A stretch of DNA of 64,000 bases from Raja brachyura (GCA_963514005.1 OY740802.1:19654001-19718000); one strand, 5' to 3'. Shown: positions 13,270 to 26,187, counted from the stretch's first letter. The notes: generated from the sequence alone by a model not told the origin. Numbers and translations are program-made.

Positions 13270-13600
13270 CTAAACATGAAACAAAGGCTCACTACTCATT
13301 TGCCCTGTCTTTCAACACCACTCTCAGATAATAAAGGTTCACACAGGGAAAACATGGATGGTTTTCCACATTTTCGCCCTGGGATGAGATTTCAACCACA
13401 TGTGCCTGGCATAGCCAAAACCGGTCACCACCTCCTCCTACATGCCAGCACAAGATTTGTGACCTGTAGAAGAAATGAATGTCCAAGGATCAAGACTTCA
13501 TGTTTGCAAGAAAGCAGTGATTCTGCCTTTGTGTATGCTTCAGAGACATGCAGGCATATTAAAACACTGGCTGGATAACCAAACCAATATATTTGGTCTC
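13270..13600 (+). mobile_element. RTE-clade LINE remnant
   Basis: ..SAFVYASETCRHIKTL resembles the RTE LLYGSETW..RHIKKL motif. Confidence 0.55.
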
Positions 13601-13924
13601 TCCCCAGAGCTTGGAGGTTTTACTATGCGTACTAGCTCCAATGTACAGGAAATATCATCCACATATTGATACTGAATTCCCAAACCATGGTCTCTGATTA
13701 ATATCCCTTAATATCTTAATTTTTATATTAAGATATAAAATGTTCTGGAAAACTGGGAAATCGGTTAAAACATTTGCTTGAAAAATGGAGCTTCCATCAA
13801 AAATTCTAACATCCTCAATTATGTCCTGAACTAATTGTCTCACCACAATATGAAAATGGCAGATGAAACACAGAACCACCCACATAACCCCTTCACCTCT
13901 GCCACCCCGACTCTCTCGCTATTT

Positions 13925-14720
13925 ATATTAGAGCTTGCCAAACCCGCATCATCCATCGCAGAATCCACAGAAGTGGAGTGCAAACTCTGAATACTTGCAC
14001 TCGGTCCACCAACGTCTGCTGGATCTCTTGGTTGCTAACTATTTTAACTCTCCTTCCCATTCCCATACTGACCTTTCTGTCCTAGGTCTCCTCCGTTGCC
14101 AAAGTGAGGCCAAACTGGAGCACCTCATGTTCTGCTTGGGTAGCTTACAACCTAATAGTATGAATATTAAATTCTCCAATTTTAGGTAACTAACTGACAA
14201 ACAACCCTCCTCCCCCCTTCTTTTCCCCCCCATCTCTTCCCTGAGCCCCACCTGGATTTTGCATCCATTTCTCTCCTTCACCCTCTCCAGTTCCATTCCC
14301 TCTATATTTCTTCCTCCGGCCTCACAATTCGCCCCTCTTCTATCATTATCTCACACCTTTTGTCTTTTCATCCCTGGCCTTTGTCCAACCAACCAACCCC
14401 CTTCACCTGTATCCACTTGTCACTTGTCTGAAGAAGGGTCTTGACCCGAAACGTCGCCTATCTCCTTCGCTCCTTAGATGCTGCTGCACCCACTGAGTTT
14501 CTCCAGCTTTTTGTTTAACCCTCCACTTGTCACTTGCCAGGCTGTGTCCTGACCCACTTCCCTTCCAGCATCTCCCCACTCTCACCCCCCCCCCCCCCCC
14601 CCCCCCCCCCCCACACCACACACCACCACGACGATCTATCTGAACCAACCGAAAATGTCACGTATTCTCCAAAGATGCTGCCTGACCTGCTGAGTTACTC
14701 CAGGACTTTGTGTCCACAAA
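13925..14720 (+). mobile_element. Penelope-like element 3' fragment (GIY-YIG C-terminus plus 3' region), with a nested hammerhead unit at 14427-14521
   Basis: ORF VANYFNSPSHSHTDLSVLGLLRCQSEAKLEHLMFCLGSLQPNSMNIKFSNFR; nested unit flanked by 15-bp TSD TCCACTTGTCACTTG at 14412-14426 and 14522-14536. Confidence 0.85.
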
Positions 14721-14744
14721 TAGATGGCTACTTTGGTTTCTGAA

Positions 14745-15840
14745 GGGTCCTAATTTCTCTTTAATTACCATTTTTCCCTTAAAATACTTTTGAGGTTTCT
14801 TTGGATTCTCATTAATATTACCTGCCATTATATTGACTCCTTTTTGCTTTGCTTATAATGTTCTAAAGCATTCTCTACTCCTCCAGGATACACAATCATA
14901 GCTGTCCATATCAGAGCCATGCCTCCTTTTCCTGACAACAGTCTCAATTTCTCTCATTATCCAGGGTTTATTACTTGCCTTGCCCTTCAAGCTAACATGA
15001 ACAAGTGTAGCTTGATCTCTCACCATCATAAGTTCCTGTCTAACACCAACAAAAATGGCATTGCCCTAATTTAGAACTTTAACTTGTGGGCCCGACCTGC
15101 CCTTATCCATAAGTAATAGACAGTGGCCACTGGTCTCAAAGTGCTCACCCATTGACACTTCAGTCACTTGCCTTGCCCATTTCCCTAAAAGTAAGTCAGT
15201 TTTGTCCTCTCTCTTGTCTGGCCCTCAAAATATTGACCCTTTCCTGAACACACTTGACAAATTCCACACTTTCTAAGCCCTTGGCACTCTGGCAGTCCCA
15301 ATCTATATTGGGAAAGTTAAAACCCTCCATTATGACAACCTATTAGTCTTGCAGCTGTCTGCAATCTATGTCCTCCTGATTAAATATTATTGATTGTATG
15401 CTGCATTGTCACCTTCCCCTCAGCTAACAATGAACCATTCTACGTTTAATTATCATCATCTGCTTTGATCTATTCCTTTCACACCTTACTCTTCCATACC
15501 TCTGGTCTTCCTCTCCACTCACCTTTAATCTAACAAACATCTGAAGACCCAAACTGTCACACATTCCTTCTCTCCAGATAAGCTGCTTGTCCCACTGAGT
15601 TACTCCAGCATTTTGTGTCTATCCCAACATATTAGTTCTTCTAATTCCCATTAACTATTTGCAACCTTATAGTACAAACCCCACAAAGTGATCAACCCCT
15701 ATTTATTTCTCAGCTCCACCATTATAGCCTCACTGAACAACCCTTCAATAATGTCATCTTGGACTAACGCTGTGATGTTCTCTTAAATCAATGAATGCTG
15801 CCCATCCTCTTTAACCCTCACCTATAGCTCACCTGTAGCC
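14745..15840 (-). mobile_element. Old CR1 endonuclease-region fragment, interrupted by a Penelope-type unit at ~15375-15625
   Basis: Minus strand reads IADSCKTNRVVIMEGFNFPNIDW, a decayed GDFNxPxIDW motif. Confidence 0.65.
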
Positions 15841-16290
15841 CATGGACCCAATACTTTGCAGTGAAATCTTTGTAACTGAAGTAAAGATGGAAAGGTTTGG
15901 TTGTACAGCAGGGTGGAAATGATGATAACTGTTATAGATAATGTGGGATTCGATTCATGATAAGCTTTCAAATTAGTGTGGTGATGTCGTTGCTGACAAA
16001 AGTGATATTCAGGTTGTTTCCTGAGTCTACTTTTGGAAGAGCTTGAGATCTTGGTCATGAGTGTGGCTCAGCTTGTTGGCCTTCACCCAGGTTCCTCCCA
16101 ACTCACCATCATCATTGTTGGTGTTGCATTCAAATTTGTTACTTTTGCTCTGAAAGCCATAAATTTTTGTTTTAGTTTTATTTGGGTGTAACCTCTAGAA
16201 TTCAAAATTTCCCATTGGATGATTTCTAGACTGACTTGATTAACAGTTTTTCAATCTTTTACATTTAACGTCTCATAGTTGTGCAGCATT

Positions 16291-17960
16291 AATAGTAAGA
16301 TTAAATGAGAACTTACCAGTTTGAAGTTTGATCCTCATTTTATGAGGAGTTACGATGAGGGATTACGTGAAGACCCCGCCAGCACGCATGTGCGACATTT
16401 CTTCAAAGCAGCGGTGTGAAATCACAGATAACAGAAGTTGACTGAATGTGTAGTAAGATAAGAGAACTAAAATATCAGTTGATATTTATATAGAGGGTTG
16501 GGAGCGGAGGGCACGTACTCCCTCATCGTAACTCCTCATAAAATAAGGATCAAACTTCAAATTGGTAAGTTCTCATTTAATCTTACTATTTTACTTCGGA
16601 GTCACGTGAGTGACTACGTGAAGATTTCAAAGCTCTGTGATTTCATGCTGTGGAGATGAGTCCATGCATCACACATTGTCAGCGAAGAGCTAATCTTAAT
16701 AATGCATTCAGACATGACATAGGTGTAGACATGTTGATGCTATAATGGACACATAGTGATAATAGTAACCTCCTACACCCGGGAGGAACTATAACACAGT
16801 CCTAAAAGAATTGGCAAATACCCCTGGTCTGGCAAAGGGTATTTCTAAAATATTTGGAATTGTTCGTAAGACCATCCTGCAGCCGCCAGGATGTGGTCCC
16901 GCAAAACGTCCATCCCCTGTTGCTGATATAGTTGCAGCCTGGGTGGAGTGAGACTTGTATGTCAGTGTTCACTCCTGTATCCCAGAAGCCAGAACTACAG
17001 AACCGGGCGATGGTCTGTAGTGAAATTCTCTTATGAGGCTTCATGTGACTAACAATCATCGTTAGTTCAGAGTTCCTAAGGCTCTAGTGACCTTATCATA
17101 CTGGTGTAGATGTGTGGCCACATACAACCAAAGGTCCATGGGATATGCCAGCAATTCTAGTTTGAGACCGGATGCCCCTGGTGTATTCTGCTGATTAAGT
17201 CATAACTCCGGGGTTATCCGTCGGCGGGAAATTCCTCCGCAGGTGGTGAATCTTAGAGCCCGGACCCTCCGAGTCTACGGGCTTGTCCGCCTGCTGTATA
17301 TTCGCAGCCCGGACCCTGCCAGGTCTCTGGGCTTACCGTCGGCGGTATATCTCTACTGATATGCCATACATGGATCATATCAGGAGGGAGCATTAGTGGG
17401 ATGAGCGCTCTCTGACGCTATCCATGCTCCTCATGGGTAAACGGCCGAGGATGTTCCCATATTGGAGGGGACCTCCCTGGCCTGCCCAGGCCTTTCAGAC
17501 TCTATTGCCACTAGAGTCTGAAAAAATGCCGCCGGCTATCCGCACTTCTGCGGTCCGCAACCGTGTCTTCACATGGTCCTTGCGGCTGGGATTCCCCGAG
17601 CCGGGTTCATCCCACGGTTTGCCTTCCTGCGGTTCCTGCGGCCAGGTTTCCCGAGCCGGGTTCATCCCGCAGCTTGTGTTTTCCACGCGGTCCCCGCGGT
17701 CGGGTTTCCCCCCCGCCGGGTTCATCCCGTCGAGAATCTTCCCGCGGTCCCTGACGTCTGGGTTTCCCTCCAGCCGGGTTCACTCCGCGGCCAGAATGTT
17801 CCCGCGGTCCCCACAGCCGGGTTCACCCCGTGGCCAGATTCTTCTCGCTCATGGTTCCACGCCGATTGCAGTCCGCGGTTTGCACAGCCGGGATTCCCTC
17901 CGCGGTCCCTGGAGACGGGATTCCCCGCGAAGTCTGGGGTGGGGTTCCCCATACACCCCC
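16291..17960 (-). mobile_element. DIRS1-like non-autonomous element, right half (terminus, ICR, YR remnant, GC-rich tandem array); left end missing
   Basis: Terminus 16293-16370 is complementary to ICR ~16512-16624, which contains the circle junction ..CTTACTATTTTACTTCGGAG..; YR remnant IVSHMKPHKRISLQTIAR..GVNTD at ~16800-17060. Confidence 0.88.
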
Positions 17961-17962
17961 CC

Positions 17963-18720
17963 CGATACATTATTCCAAATCAAAATTACATAGAATTTTT
18001 TCAAATATACCAGCCATATGTGATAAATGTCAACATTTAGAAGCTAATCTAACGCACTCATTCGTAAACTGTATAAAAATTACTACCTTTTGGGCAGAAG
18101 TTTTTAAGATAATCTCGAATGTTGTTAATACAAATTTGCTTCCTGACTCAAAATTAATAATATTAGGAATATTAGAAACAGATCAATTAATAACAATAAA
18201 TCAAATAATTTTTATTGATTACAGTTTAATAATTGGGAAAAAACTTATATTGAAATTTTGGAAGGGTCCTACATCCCCCACAATTAAAATGTGGATCACT
18301 GGAATGTCGGAGACACTTCATCTTGAAAGATTAAGACTTGTCCTTCTGGGCAAGTTGGATCAATTCAGAGGGATATGGTCTCCATTTATTGAATATTTAA
18401 AGGGTCAAAGTGGTTCGGTGCGAGAACCTGACTGATGCCTGAACGAAGAAATAGACGAAGATTTACATATAATAACCCATGATATATCTCCAATGATGTA
18501 CAAACTGCTTAATACTTCATTCATTTTTCTGAATCTCTATCTTTATTTTATTTTTCTCTTATATATCCTATCTCTTATATATGAAAAACTCATAGAAGTA
18601 CAAATTAGAAATAATTGTTAATATTAATAATATTAAGAATGTATATGACATGCATATCCTTATCTTGATATGTACCTACTTCTAATAAAAAATATTTAAC
18701 AAAAAAAAAAAAAAAAAAAA
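17963..18720 (+). mobile_element. 5'-truncated L1 LINE (ORF2 C-terminal CCHC region, 3'UTR, polyA)
   Basis: IHYSKSKLHRIF..CDKC..THSFVNC..FW..WSPFIEYL open to the stop at 18435; AATAAA at 18684; A20 tail at 18701-18720. Confidence 0.9.
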
Positions 18721-18959
18721 GAAATAGATATTGGAATAGTTGACAGGGAGCATTTGGGACCTGCAGGATTTGGATTTGAGTGTTGGATAGATTTGGGAAT
18801 TGGTAAGGTCTGGATTGTCGAACAGTGATGGGAACCTTTGGAGGCTGGATTGAAGAGCTGGGGAGCTTTGGGGAATTTCATGCTTTGGATTGATTTGAAT
18901 TTCTTGGTTCGGGTTGAGGGGTAAGAAATGATGAGGATATTTAAGATCTGAATTAGTTA

Positions 18960-19230
18960 AGGGCCTGTCCAACTTGGCGATTTCGCCGGCATCATATCAG
19001 TGTCACCAAAAGAAATTGAACATTTCAAAATAGTGTTGCGACACTTGAAAAAACACTGCGTGTCATAAGTCATCGCACTGCGTCACCGCCGCGTCGTACA
19101 TCATCACGCCCTGCCATCACCACGTCATACCTTATCACGCCACATCACGCCGTGTATTTTTCGGTGACCTGATACGTCAGCCGATGATGCCGGCAGTCGA
19201 CAAAAAAAATCGCGAAGTGGGACAGACCCT
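18960..19230. mobile_element. PIF/Harbinger-like MITE
   Basis: AGGGCCTGTCCAACTTGGCGATTT ... AAATCGCGAAGTGGGACAGACCCT; TWA-like flanks, imperfect. Confidence 0.8.
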
Positions 19231-20149
19231 TATAGTAAAACAAATTGGGAATTTGGATTGAGAGATGAAGAGCATTAGCGGTTTTAAGAATTTGGATCAG
19301 AAGGGAGGTGACAGGCGCAATGGAGACTTAGGATTCAGGAGACCTTGGGCATATTAACACTTTACATCAGGAAATCATGGTGCATTAGGGAATTCTCAGA
19401 TTAGAAGCAGATTGGGCAGCATTGGGGACTTTCAGTGTTTAGATCTTGGGTTGGGGCTAGAGTTGTTCTTGCTGTTTCTTGCAGCTGGTATAAAAGTGAT
19501 TGGGAAGAGTTAGATATCTTTCAAGAGTTGTTGGCTTTGTGTTGGTGGGAGAGCAGGGGGTAAGGCCCACTATGAATGTTAAACTAATTTACCTTGTGGA
19601 TTGAGTGGGGTCAAACTCTGCTGTTTCACCTAACACCTAAACAGTGCGATAAAGCCAGGTACAATGGGCCAAATCACATTTACCTTTTATTCACAGTTCC
19701 AAAATGCATTTCACTTCATCACTACCTTTCATGCTGATGCATTGCAACATGAAAATTGTAGAGTGGACATATACTCACAATATGTTTTATATGTTGTGGT
19801 AATTGGATTGAGTCACACATAAAATCACCGCACTACACACTCCATTTCCTCGGCCCCGCTGCTTTAAGAATTTAGACATAAAACTCATATTCTCATTTTA
19901 TCTGTTTGAGAATTGCTTCAGAAGTGCAATGGCAGCAAACAATAACTGCACAGCCAGACTTCATAGTTTTTATTTAAATTATTCTTTTGAATTGAATGTT
20001 ATTTTTTGCCTGCGTGAGATTTTGACTAGATCAACAGGAGCAAAATAAAACTTGCATGAGCTGCACCAAAAATCCAAAGAGGGAAATATATGAGAAATAT
20101 TCCTTCACCTGCAAAATTTGCAATTTCTCACTCAATCCTTTTCTGAAAG

Positions 20150-21205
20150 GGGGTGGCACGGTGGTGCGGCGGGAGATGGGTCTGTCCCACTTAGGCGATT
20201 TTTCAGGCAACTGCCGCGACTGACAAGTTGCCAGCAGTCGCCTGAACAACCGGCAACTGGAACGGCGATTGTCAGAGTGGAACACACACACATACACACA
20301 TCGCTTCCTTCACCAGCCCGTTATGCAGCGGGGGACAGGGCAAGCGGGGGGAGCGCTGTCTGAGTGAAATTCACACGGTGCAAAGCCAAGGTGATACTGT
20401 AATTGCCGCTGTAATTAAGACGGTGAAAGCATAATGTACGGTAAGTCCTTTAAGAGAGGGAGGAAGGGGGGAGAAGGAGTGGAGACAAGTTTTAAGAAGC
20501 CAGGTACACGACTGTGAATCTCAGCGGACATAAACATTAATATTACCGGTCAGTTATCCTTGGTTCTGAAAACGACTGCTTTTTTTTCCCAATGAACCAA
20601 TGAAATTCACCGGTCAGCACCGGCGACAACCTATGAGAACATACGAGAACCTCCTGGCAACCCACTAGGACCTCCTGGCAACCCACCTACGGCACGAGAA
20701 TTCTCGCTATTCTCCATGGCGGCTTAATTCTGGTCGCCGCTAATTTTTCAACATGTTGAACAATTTGCGGCGACCATAATGAGGCCGCGACTAGTTCACA
20801 GAATGTGGTAATTCCTCACGATCATGAAGGCGACTACCCGGCAACCGTGGGCGAACAGGTGGCGACCATGCGCCGACTGCATAGTCTCCCGCAGTCGCCC
20901 AAAAAGTCGCATGAGTGGGACAGGCCCATTACGGCACCAGGGACCCTGATTCGATCCTAACCTTTGGTGCTGTCTGTACGGACGTACGTTCTCTCCGTGA
21001 CGGTGTGGGTTCTCCCGGGTGCTCTGGTTTCCTCCCTCAGTCCAAAGGTGTACAGATTTGTAGGTTAATTGGTTTCTGTAAATTTCAAATTGTCCCAAGT
21101 GTGCAGTGTAATGCTAATGTACGAGGTGATTGTTGGTCGGTGCAGACTCAGTGGGTCGAAGGACCTGTTTCCATGCTGTATCTCTAAACTAAACTAAACT
21201 AAACT
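20150..21205 (+). mobile_element. tRNA-derived V-SINE (HE1-like) split by a MITE
   Basis: Head GGTGGCACGGTGG at ~20152; body resumes at 20929 with B-box-like GATTCGATCC, V-domain GCTCTGGTTTCCTCCC, CR1-type tail and (CTAAA)n. Confidence 0.8.
20177..20928. mobile_element. PIF/Harbinger-like MITE nested in the SINE
   Basis: TGGGTCTGTCCCACTTAGGCGA ... TCGCATGAGTGGGACAGGCCCA followed by TTA. Confidence 0.85.
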
Positions 21206-21864
21206 ACACTAATCAGTGTTGTTTCTACAACCTAATAACACGAATCAAGAGACATTTATTGTAACATGCACCAATTGATACAGTGTCATTTGTGGTCACC
21301 AGACAGCCATACGAATAAAAAAGAACACAGCACACGATAGACTTTAACATAAACAGCCCCACACAGCGGTATGAAAGTTTCCCAAAGATGTTGCTATTGC
21401 CCATAGAGTAGAAAATTCACTGATGTATGGCAAAACATGGTATTGTAGAATCATAGGATCATTGACGAGGACATTCAGGCCATTGTAAATGTGTCAGTTG
21501 AAAATATTTAATCAACTTAAACTCACCTTGCAGTACAAGCTGCTTTGTCCTGAAGATTATGGCTCTTGAGATATATATCCAAGTACAATTTGAGTGTGAA
21601 GAGGGTTCTACCTCCAGTGTCCTTTCAAGCAGTGACTGCAGAAGTGCAAGTTCTTGACTCCAACTATCCTCAGTGAAACAATTTTCCTCAGCTCCCCTCT
21701 CAGTCTTTTACCAATTATTTTAAATCTCGGCATTGGATTTGAATCCACTGCTAAATAAATTAGTCCTCTCTATTTATTCTGCTAAGGCCCATCATAATTT
21801 CATACATTTCAACTAAATCTTGTCTCAGTCTCCTTGGTTTCATTGCAGACAAACCTATCTTATA

Positions 21865-21996
21865 TGTTTAGGAAAGAACTGCAGATATTGGAAAAATCGA
21901 AGGTAGACAAAAATGCTGGAGAAACTCAGCAGGTGAGGCAGCATCTATGGAGTGAAGGAATAGGTGACGTTTCGGGTCGAGACCCTTCTCCAGACT
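21865..21996 (-). mobile_element. Penelope/hammerhead-type unit
   Basis: GTGACGTTTCGGGTCGAGACCCTTCTCCAGACT is the reverse complement of the motif. Confidence 0.8.
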
Positions 21997-22867
21997 GGAT
22001 CAGAGGTTCTTTTCATGAGTATACATTTGGGTTCGTCCTCTCAGACTGATACAATACGATTAGTATCACTTGGTGACAAATTTGCTGGGAGAGTTCATGA
22101 AATCAGATATTGTCTGCATGTAATTTAAATGAGAGTGTTAGAACTCATTCCATATTTTGTTTTTGTTTTGCTCTAAGAAATGCAGGCAATGTTTTCAGTT
22201 GTTTAATCAAGCGGTGAAACTTTCTCCAGGAAAGAATTACATTCCCGGTGCCTTTTCTCATGCACATTATCTCTCCTGCATTTTGTAAGTGGATTGAGCT
22301 CTTACATACATACGAGTCCATGTACACAGTCCACGTTTGATATCATATTGCTCAACTCAGTCAGCCAGTGCTTCCCGCTGGTCTCTGTCAGCACAGAATA
22401 GACCTAACAGCAATGCCCCTTTGCTAATGTTCCATGGCAAATTGCCTCAAAATGAAAAAAAGAGAGGAGAATTAGATGGAAGAAGCAAATGTTAATGTAA
22501 TATTTGTCTTCCCATCTCAATACCATTACACATTTACAAATAGTTTGTTCTTAGTCACGGTCATATTGTTTTGGGATGAGCAATGCATTTCACTGTGGCT
22601 ATTACAACATAATAATATTCTCTATTTTCCTTTTTTTTAATATCACATTTGTGAAACTTTTTTGTGTCTGCCCTGTGGTAGCATTGCAGAGCTGCACCTC
22701 GTCCAAATACCTCCATTTACATTTTATCTCTGTGAATCTCATTAAAATTACACTCAATGCTCAGTCATAAATAATTAAGCACAAAGCAAACTCATCTATC
22801 ACTTGCATTACCCATCATTCCTCAAGCAAAGCTTCCTCACAAACAACTTCACTGCCTCTGTGTTAAC

Positions 22868-23187
22868 CAATGTTGAGGGAGTCCAGAACCAGGGGCCACT
22901 GTCTAAGAATAAAGGGGAGGCCTTTTAAAACTGATATGAGAAAAAACGTTTTCACCCAGAGAGTTGTGAATTTGTGGAATTCTCTGCCACAGAAAGCAAT
23001 AGAGGCCAATTCACTGGATGAATTTAAAATAAAGTTATACAGGGCCTAGCGGAATCAAGGGATATGGGGAGAAGGCAGGCATGGGTTACTGATTGTTGAA
23101 AATCAGTCATGATCACAATGAATGGCGGTGCTGGCTTGAAGGGCCAAATGGTCTCTTCCTGCACCTATGTTCTATGTTTCTATGTTT
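22868..23187 (+). mobile_element. CR1 LINE 3' end
   Basis: GESRTRGH..FTQRVVNLWNSLP coding remnant; (CTATGTTT)-type tail. Confidence 0.88.
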
Positions 23188-25639
23188 AACCCTTTGCCTG
23201 CTGAGAGAATAAAACAGCCAATGCTGGAATTGAGAAAGATAAATGATCAATTCTGGTGTGATCTTACATCAGAATAATAGGATATCTTAAAACACTAACC
23301 TGTAATTTCCTTTCAAATACAGACTTCCTTAGTAATTCCAACATCTTATACTTTTTGCAAAAATATTTATTATGATTATTATGATTACTGTATATAAGTA
23401 TACTATCTCACATTATATCTAGAATTAAACATTTGATATTTAATGCAGTATTTATCTGGGATATATCATAGAATGTCAAGGATGTTCTCAGCTACAGAAA
23501 GCTCCTTTTTAGGAAGATGGTTAATTCTCCCATCTCTCTATCACGTCTACAGAATATATCTTGTTGATTAGAACTGAGTCCACTGAGAAATGATGGCTTT
23601 TGAAATTGGTTTGAGATTTTTTTTTAAAGGTGGAAGTTTTGTGAATGTAGATTTGAAATCACTTTTCCACCCAGTATCATTGTTATGTGTGTGGTTAGGA
23701 AAAATACACATGGACCATAGGCAGGATGGAGATATCTCTGTTTTATTTCAGTCAAGTTCCTTCATCAATAATCTCAGGTCACACTCACATTTGTCCCAGT
23801 GTTACATTTTCCTGCTTGTCACATCTCCCTCCATCAAGACCTTGCAGAGAATATTACATTTCTGTATTCTGTCCAAAGATGCCTCAGGAAGGAATAGTCG
23901 CAGCACTTTCATGTAGAGGTTACTGAGACAACTGAGAGAGGGTACAGGTATCCACAGATCTTGGCGGCTTTTGAGTCTAATTCCAGAAATACAATCTATT
24001 AAGCCCCAGCCCCAATCTTCCAAAATGTTAAAATCTATTAATATAGACTTATAGGAATTTATATTTAAATGTAAGTGTCGTTGTTGGGTCATTATAAGTA
24101 CGGAAAATTATTTGCAAACTGCTGTTCATTACACAAAAATATGCTTCTACACTTTATGAAGTTGCAGAAAATAAATCAATGTAATATTTTTATAACAATG
24201 CAAAAAATGCCTCTGCTGAAATCCCACTGACAAGCAGTGTTCATTCAGGTCCCCCAGTACATGTTAAAAGGCTAGTCAATGAAGTCTCCGTACATTGCCT
24301 GTTTTGTTATGCATGTACCCATATTTGTGCAAAGGGACATATTAGCAATGCTGTAAACAGCCAGACAACATTTACCCGTGAGAAAGTCATCTCCAAGGAA
24401 AAGCAAGCCACCAGAAACTATATCAGCTTAATGATCATTCTCCAAAGATTACATTTGACTGAGCATAAAATCATTTTAATTTAGGCCCTCCAGGCTTTGT
24501 TAGAAAGGATGATGCAATTTCTATTGCTCATTATGATGATTCACTGTGTCCCTGATGGTCTTTAAATTGTGAATATCTAATATAGTAGCTGCTACTTTGC
24601 TCCTGTATATAAATTATATGGTAGGAGCATTGCTTATATTTATGTTATGCACTGCAGTGTGAATTCACTTCCGAGAGCATTCATCCTGGAGGACAATTTC
24701 TTTACACCGTTGCTGGTGTGGAGGGAAAGGAAGATTCAGTGTTGCAACTGCGACAGTCCCCATCTAAACTAGGACGTTTCTTAGCCGTCAATCAAAATGG
24801 AAGGAAAGAGGTGAAATAACATTGCTGCAGAGCAACCTCACAGACGAAAAATAAACTTACCTAAAAAAAATACCTTACCCTTTTTTGATTTGTTTTTAAA
24901 AAATATGTTGCTTTTGAACATCCCATTTCCAGGTTTATGCCATGCACACAAAATCACATTTATACATTCTCTAATTATTCTTGTGTCTCAGTGGGTTACA
25001 GAGGTACTGGTGTAACACTAAAGCATATGGATCAGAAAGTGCCCCAGCATAATTTCCAGTCTGTTGCCTGATGATTATTGAGTTGGTTGCTCTCAAGCAA
25101 GATAGTTGCTGTAGCTGTCATCCCTCATTCCCCTAGGACAGTGATATATGGACAATAGAAGTTTACCTTATGGAAAGCAGCCATTTGTCCCATTCATAAA
25201 AATGAATAAAACAAAACCTCCTGCGTCTTTCTCTTTCCACAGCTCTATGACTCCTTCTGTTTTATATTCTTAACCAATTTCCTCTTTAAAAACACTGCAA
25301 AATGACAACATTCATTAGCAGGTTCTGAATGGAAATTGAAAAGGACATTTGAAATAGAACATTTCTAAAAGTACGTGGGAGAGACAGAGGAGTGAAACCA
25401 ATGGTAAAATCCTTTCATGCTGTGCTGAATACTTCTCTGCGCCTTGCCAGCCAGCAATACTGCAACTAATGGGGAGGCAATTTAGGACATAGATGTCAAA
25501 AAAGTCCTTCACATGATGAGTGGTGAATCTTTGAATTCTCTAGATCTGTGGCTCTGGAGACTTGGCCACTGAGTTCTCTCTAAACCCAGACTGCTCAATT
25601 TCTAGATATTGATGGTGCCAGAAAATGATACTGACGAAG

Positions 25640-25965
25640 AGGGCCGTGCAGTGGCACAGTGGTAGAGTTGTTGCCTTACAACGCCAGAGACCAGGGTTCG
25701 ATCTTGACTATGGGTGCTGCCAGTACGAGTTTGTACTTTCTCCTCATGACCGTGTGGGCTTTTTCCGGGTGCTCCAGTTTCCTCCCATGTGAAAAATGAC
25801 ATTCCAAAAACGTACAGGTTTTTAGGTTAATTGGCTTAGGTAAAGATTGTAAATTGTCCCTAGTGTGTAGGATAGTGCTGCTGTACGGGGGTCTCTGGTC
25901 TGCTTGGGCTCAGTTGGCTGAAGGGCCTGTTTCGTGCTGTGTCTCTAAACTAAACTAAACTAAAA
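25640..25965 (+). mobile_element. Full-length tRNA-derived V-SINE (HE1-like), inserted in an old CR1 3' end
   Basis: A-box-like GTGGCACAGTGG, B-box GGTTCGATC, V-domain, tail GAAGGGCCTGTTTC..(CTAAA)n. Confidence 0.85.
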
Positions 25966-26133
25966 GATAGTATATGCTCTTGATGAATGGGGGACCAGAT
26001 GGAATACTCCTACTTCTAATTCTTATGTTTTTCTCGCAGAAATGAAATTCAGGAGTAAGCCTGGAACCCACAATATTCCAAGAGAATGCTGTCAACAGGG
26101 ACAAGCTGAAGATTTAATTAACATTAATTAATT

Positions 26134-26187
26134 ACACAAAATCTGTTATTTTACCATTAATTAATGGTAAAATAACAGATTTTGTGT
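26134..26187. repeat. Perfect 54-bp spacerless palindrome
   Basis: ACACAAAATCTGTTATTTTACCATTAA|TTAATGGTAAAATAACAGATTTTGTGT. Confidence 0.95.

Noticed and set aside
1025-17960. DIRS ends at 1061 and 16291 as two ends of one element
   Set aside because: Their bodies extend away from each other and their ITR sequences differ, so they are separate insertions.
17424-18040. Long overlapping ORFs of 155-201 aa
   Set aside because: They arise from the stop-poor GC-rich DIRS array; only the part from ~17965 onward is real L1 coding sequence.
22314-22403. Minus-strand 90-nt exon candidate VYSVLTETSGKHWLTELSNMISNVDCVHGL
   Set aside because: The acceptor lacks a polypyrimidine tract and no homology was recognised.
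24658-24810. 153-nt open frame between AG and GT (CEFTSESIHPGG..NGRKE)
   Set aside because: The donor is weak (GTGAAA) and the protein is unrecognisable; it could be chance or a conserved non-coding element.
25640-25720. tRNA gene
   Set aside because: The A and B boxes belong to a SINE head that continues into the V-domain and CR1-type tail; no complete cloverleaf is present.
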